From positions 1 through 63,502 of the forward strand of contig CAJVPI010000059.1 of assembly GCA_910592345.1 (NCBI GenBank): a stretch of DNA of 63,502 nt. The letters are read 5' to 3'. The notes beneath the pieces were generated by a model. The model ran no database searches. It was not told the DNA's origin and worked only from the letters and a program-made list of their open reading frames with translations. The position numbers and the translations under genes were made by a program. The DNA comes from Paraglomus brasilianum. Its lineage: Eukaryota. Every line of letters begins with the position of its first letter. The stretch's first letter is position 1. This document shows, piece after piece, positions 62,336 through 63,502 of the stretch.

Positions 62336-63502
62336 GTAAGTAGCAAATTTTACGATGTTTGTGTGTTGGGATGGGGATTGGGATTGGGATTGAAGCGAAA
62401 AATTAAGAGAAGTAGTGGAGGCGTTGGTATCGGAGGAAATTATCCTTTGTGCGGAGAGAGAAGTTTTACGAAGATAGCAATTCTACTACCGTGAAATCAT
62501 TAGTTGACTCTTATCCTTGAAGCCGATTTACAAATCTAATCTATTTGTTTATTTTATCAAATCTCACAGCATAAATTACCAGAAAGATATGAAGACTATG
62601 ACGTCAAACTTCGTGAGTAGACTGACGTGTCAACATATTTCTTTTTACCAATATACAATACGAATCTGGCGTCTACTGTATTACAAATAATTAATCCGGT
62701 GTAAAATGTCTATGTGCCGAGAAATAAAAAAGGGGAATAAATATTCTGCGCCAAGCTTTGAAATCATATATAATACTTTGGAATAGACTCTTAATGTGAA
62801 TTGCTTGTGTCCCTGTAATGCGGGCAGAAACCATGCAAGTCGTACAGTATGCACCTCGAGTATGTGATCGACCGACAATTTATCATTAGGACGTGCGAAA
62901 AACTCAGGTTGTTTGAATTCACGTAAGTTTCAAGTTCGCGCAGAGATTCGTCTCACGTCCTAATAAATTCGTCAAAGCTAAAAGTTCCAGAGATGTGCCA
63001 CCCTCCCAATAGTCTGGTCGCGTGATCATTTATTCGTAGCAAATGAGGTCCGTTGTGTTAAGAATACATAATGAATATTACTACTCGAACTCGGTGAATT
63101 ACATTAAAACCTTGGATACATGATGTCATCTATTGGGCTAACGCGTTCGCGTTCCTTTCTTCTCTCGTCGATTTCAGTTTGCAATTCAAAATCTCTGATT
63201 CCAAAGCTTTTATCTGCGTGACCTTTTCTCTTGGTCTTGGTTGTCCCGATTCACGTCGCTTGTATTCGATCCCCGCTGCTTGTATTTACGTTTGTAGGAG
63301 GACATTGGCGTATATTGAAGAATACGTAACGCGCAAGCACAACTATGTACATAAAATAAATAGGTTACTATACAATGCATCTGATCACGTGTTATATGAA
63401 TTAGGTTAATTCAAATACTCGAGAGTTACAGTAACGTGCAAAAGTATCCTACCGGTTGTATCATCTAAACGTACATAATAATAACTCCTTAAATTTTCCA
63501 GG

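Noticed and set aside
1..63502. tRNA or rRNA genes
   Set aside because: No cloverleaf with A/B boxes and no rRNA-like tract was seen by eye. tRNAscan-SE would be needed to exclude intron-containing tRNAs.

Overview
AT-rich eukaryotic genomic DNA with short GT-AG introns, most consistent with an early-diverging fungus (Mucoromycota). The remnant TKL kinase and TPR families suggest a Glomeromycotina-like organism, which is inference. Only two protein genes look intact: 7-exon RAE1/GLE2 (minus, 6324-8315) and intronless dihydrofolate synthase FOL3 (17739-19010). Most other recognisable coding DNA is decayed, mostly intron-retaining copies of normally conserved housekeeping genes: CPSF160/Cft1, SER1 (intronless), mitochondrial seryl-tRNA synthetase, AP-3 beta, SMC5 and a RasGEF REM exon, plus kinase and TPR remnants. 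These are interleaved with Tc1/pogo/PIF-type MITEs, foldback elements and transposase fragments. The most notable observations are: (1) this graveyard of essential genes beside clean neighbours, suggesting decay after duplication; (2) a box C/D snoRNA, and possibly an H/ACA snoRNA, inside the long second intron of RAE1; (3) a ~3-kb degenerate palindrome with almost no spacer; (4) a coding tandem repeat whose substitutions reveal a reading frame other than the one the ORF track begins in. All protein identifications come from motif recognition by eye, not database searches.
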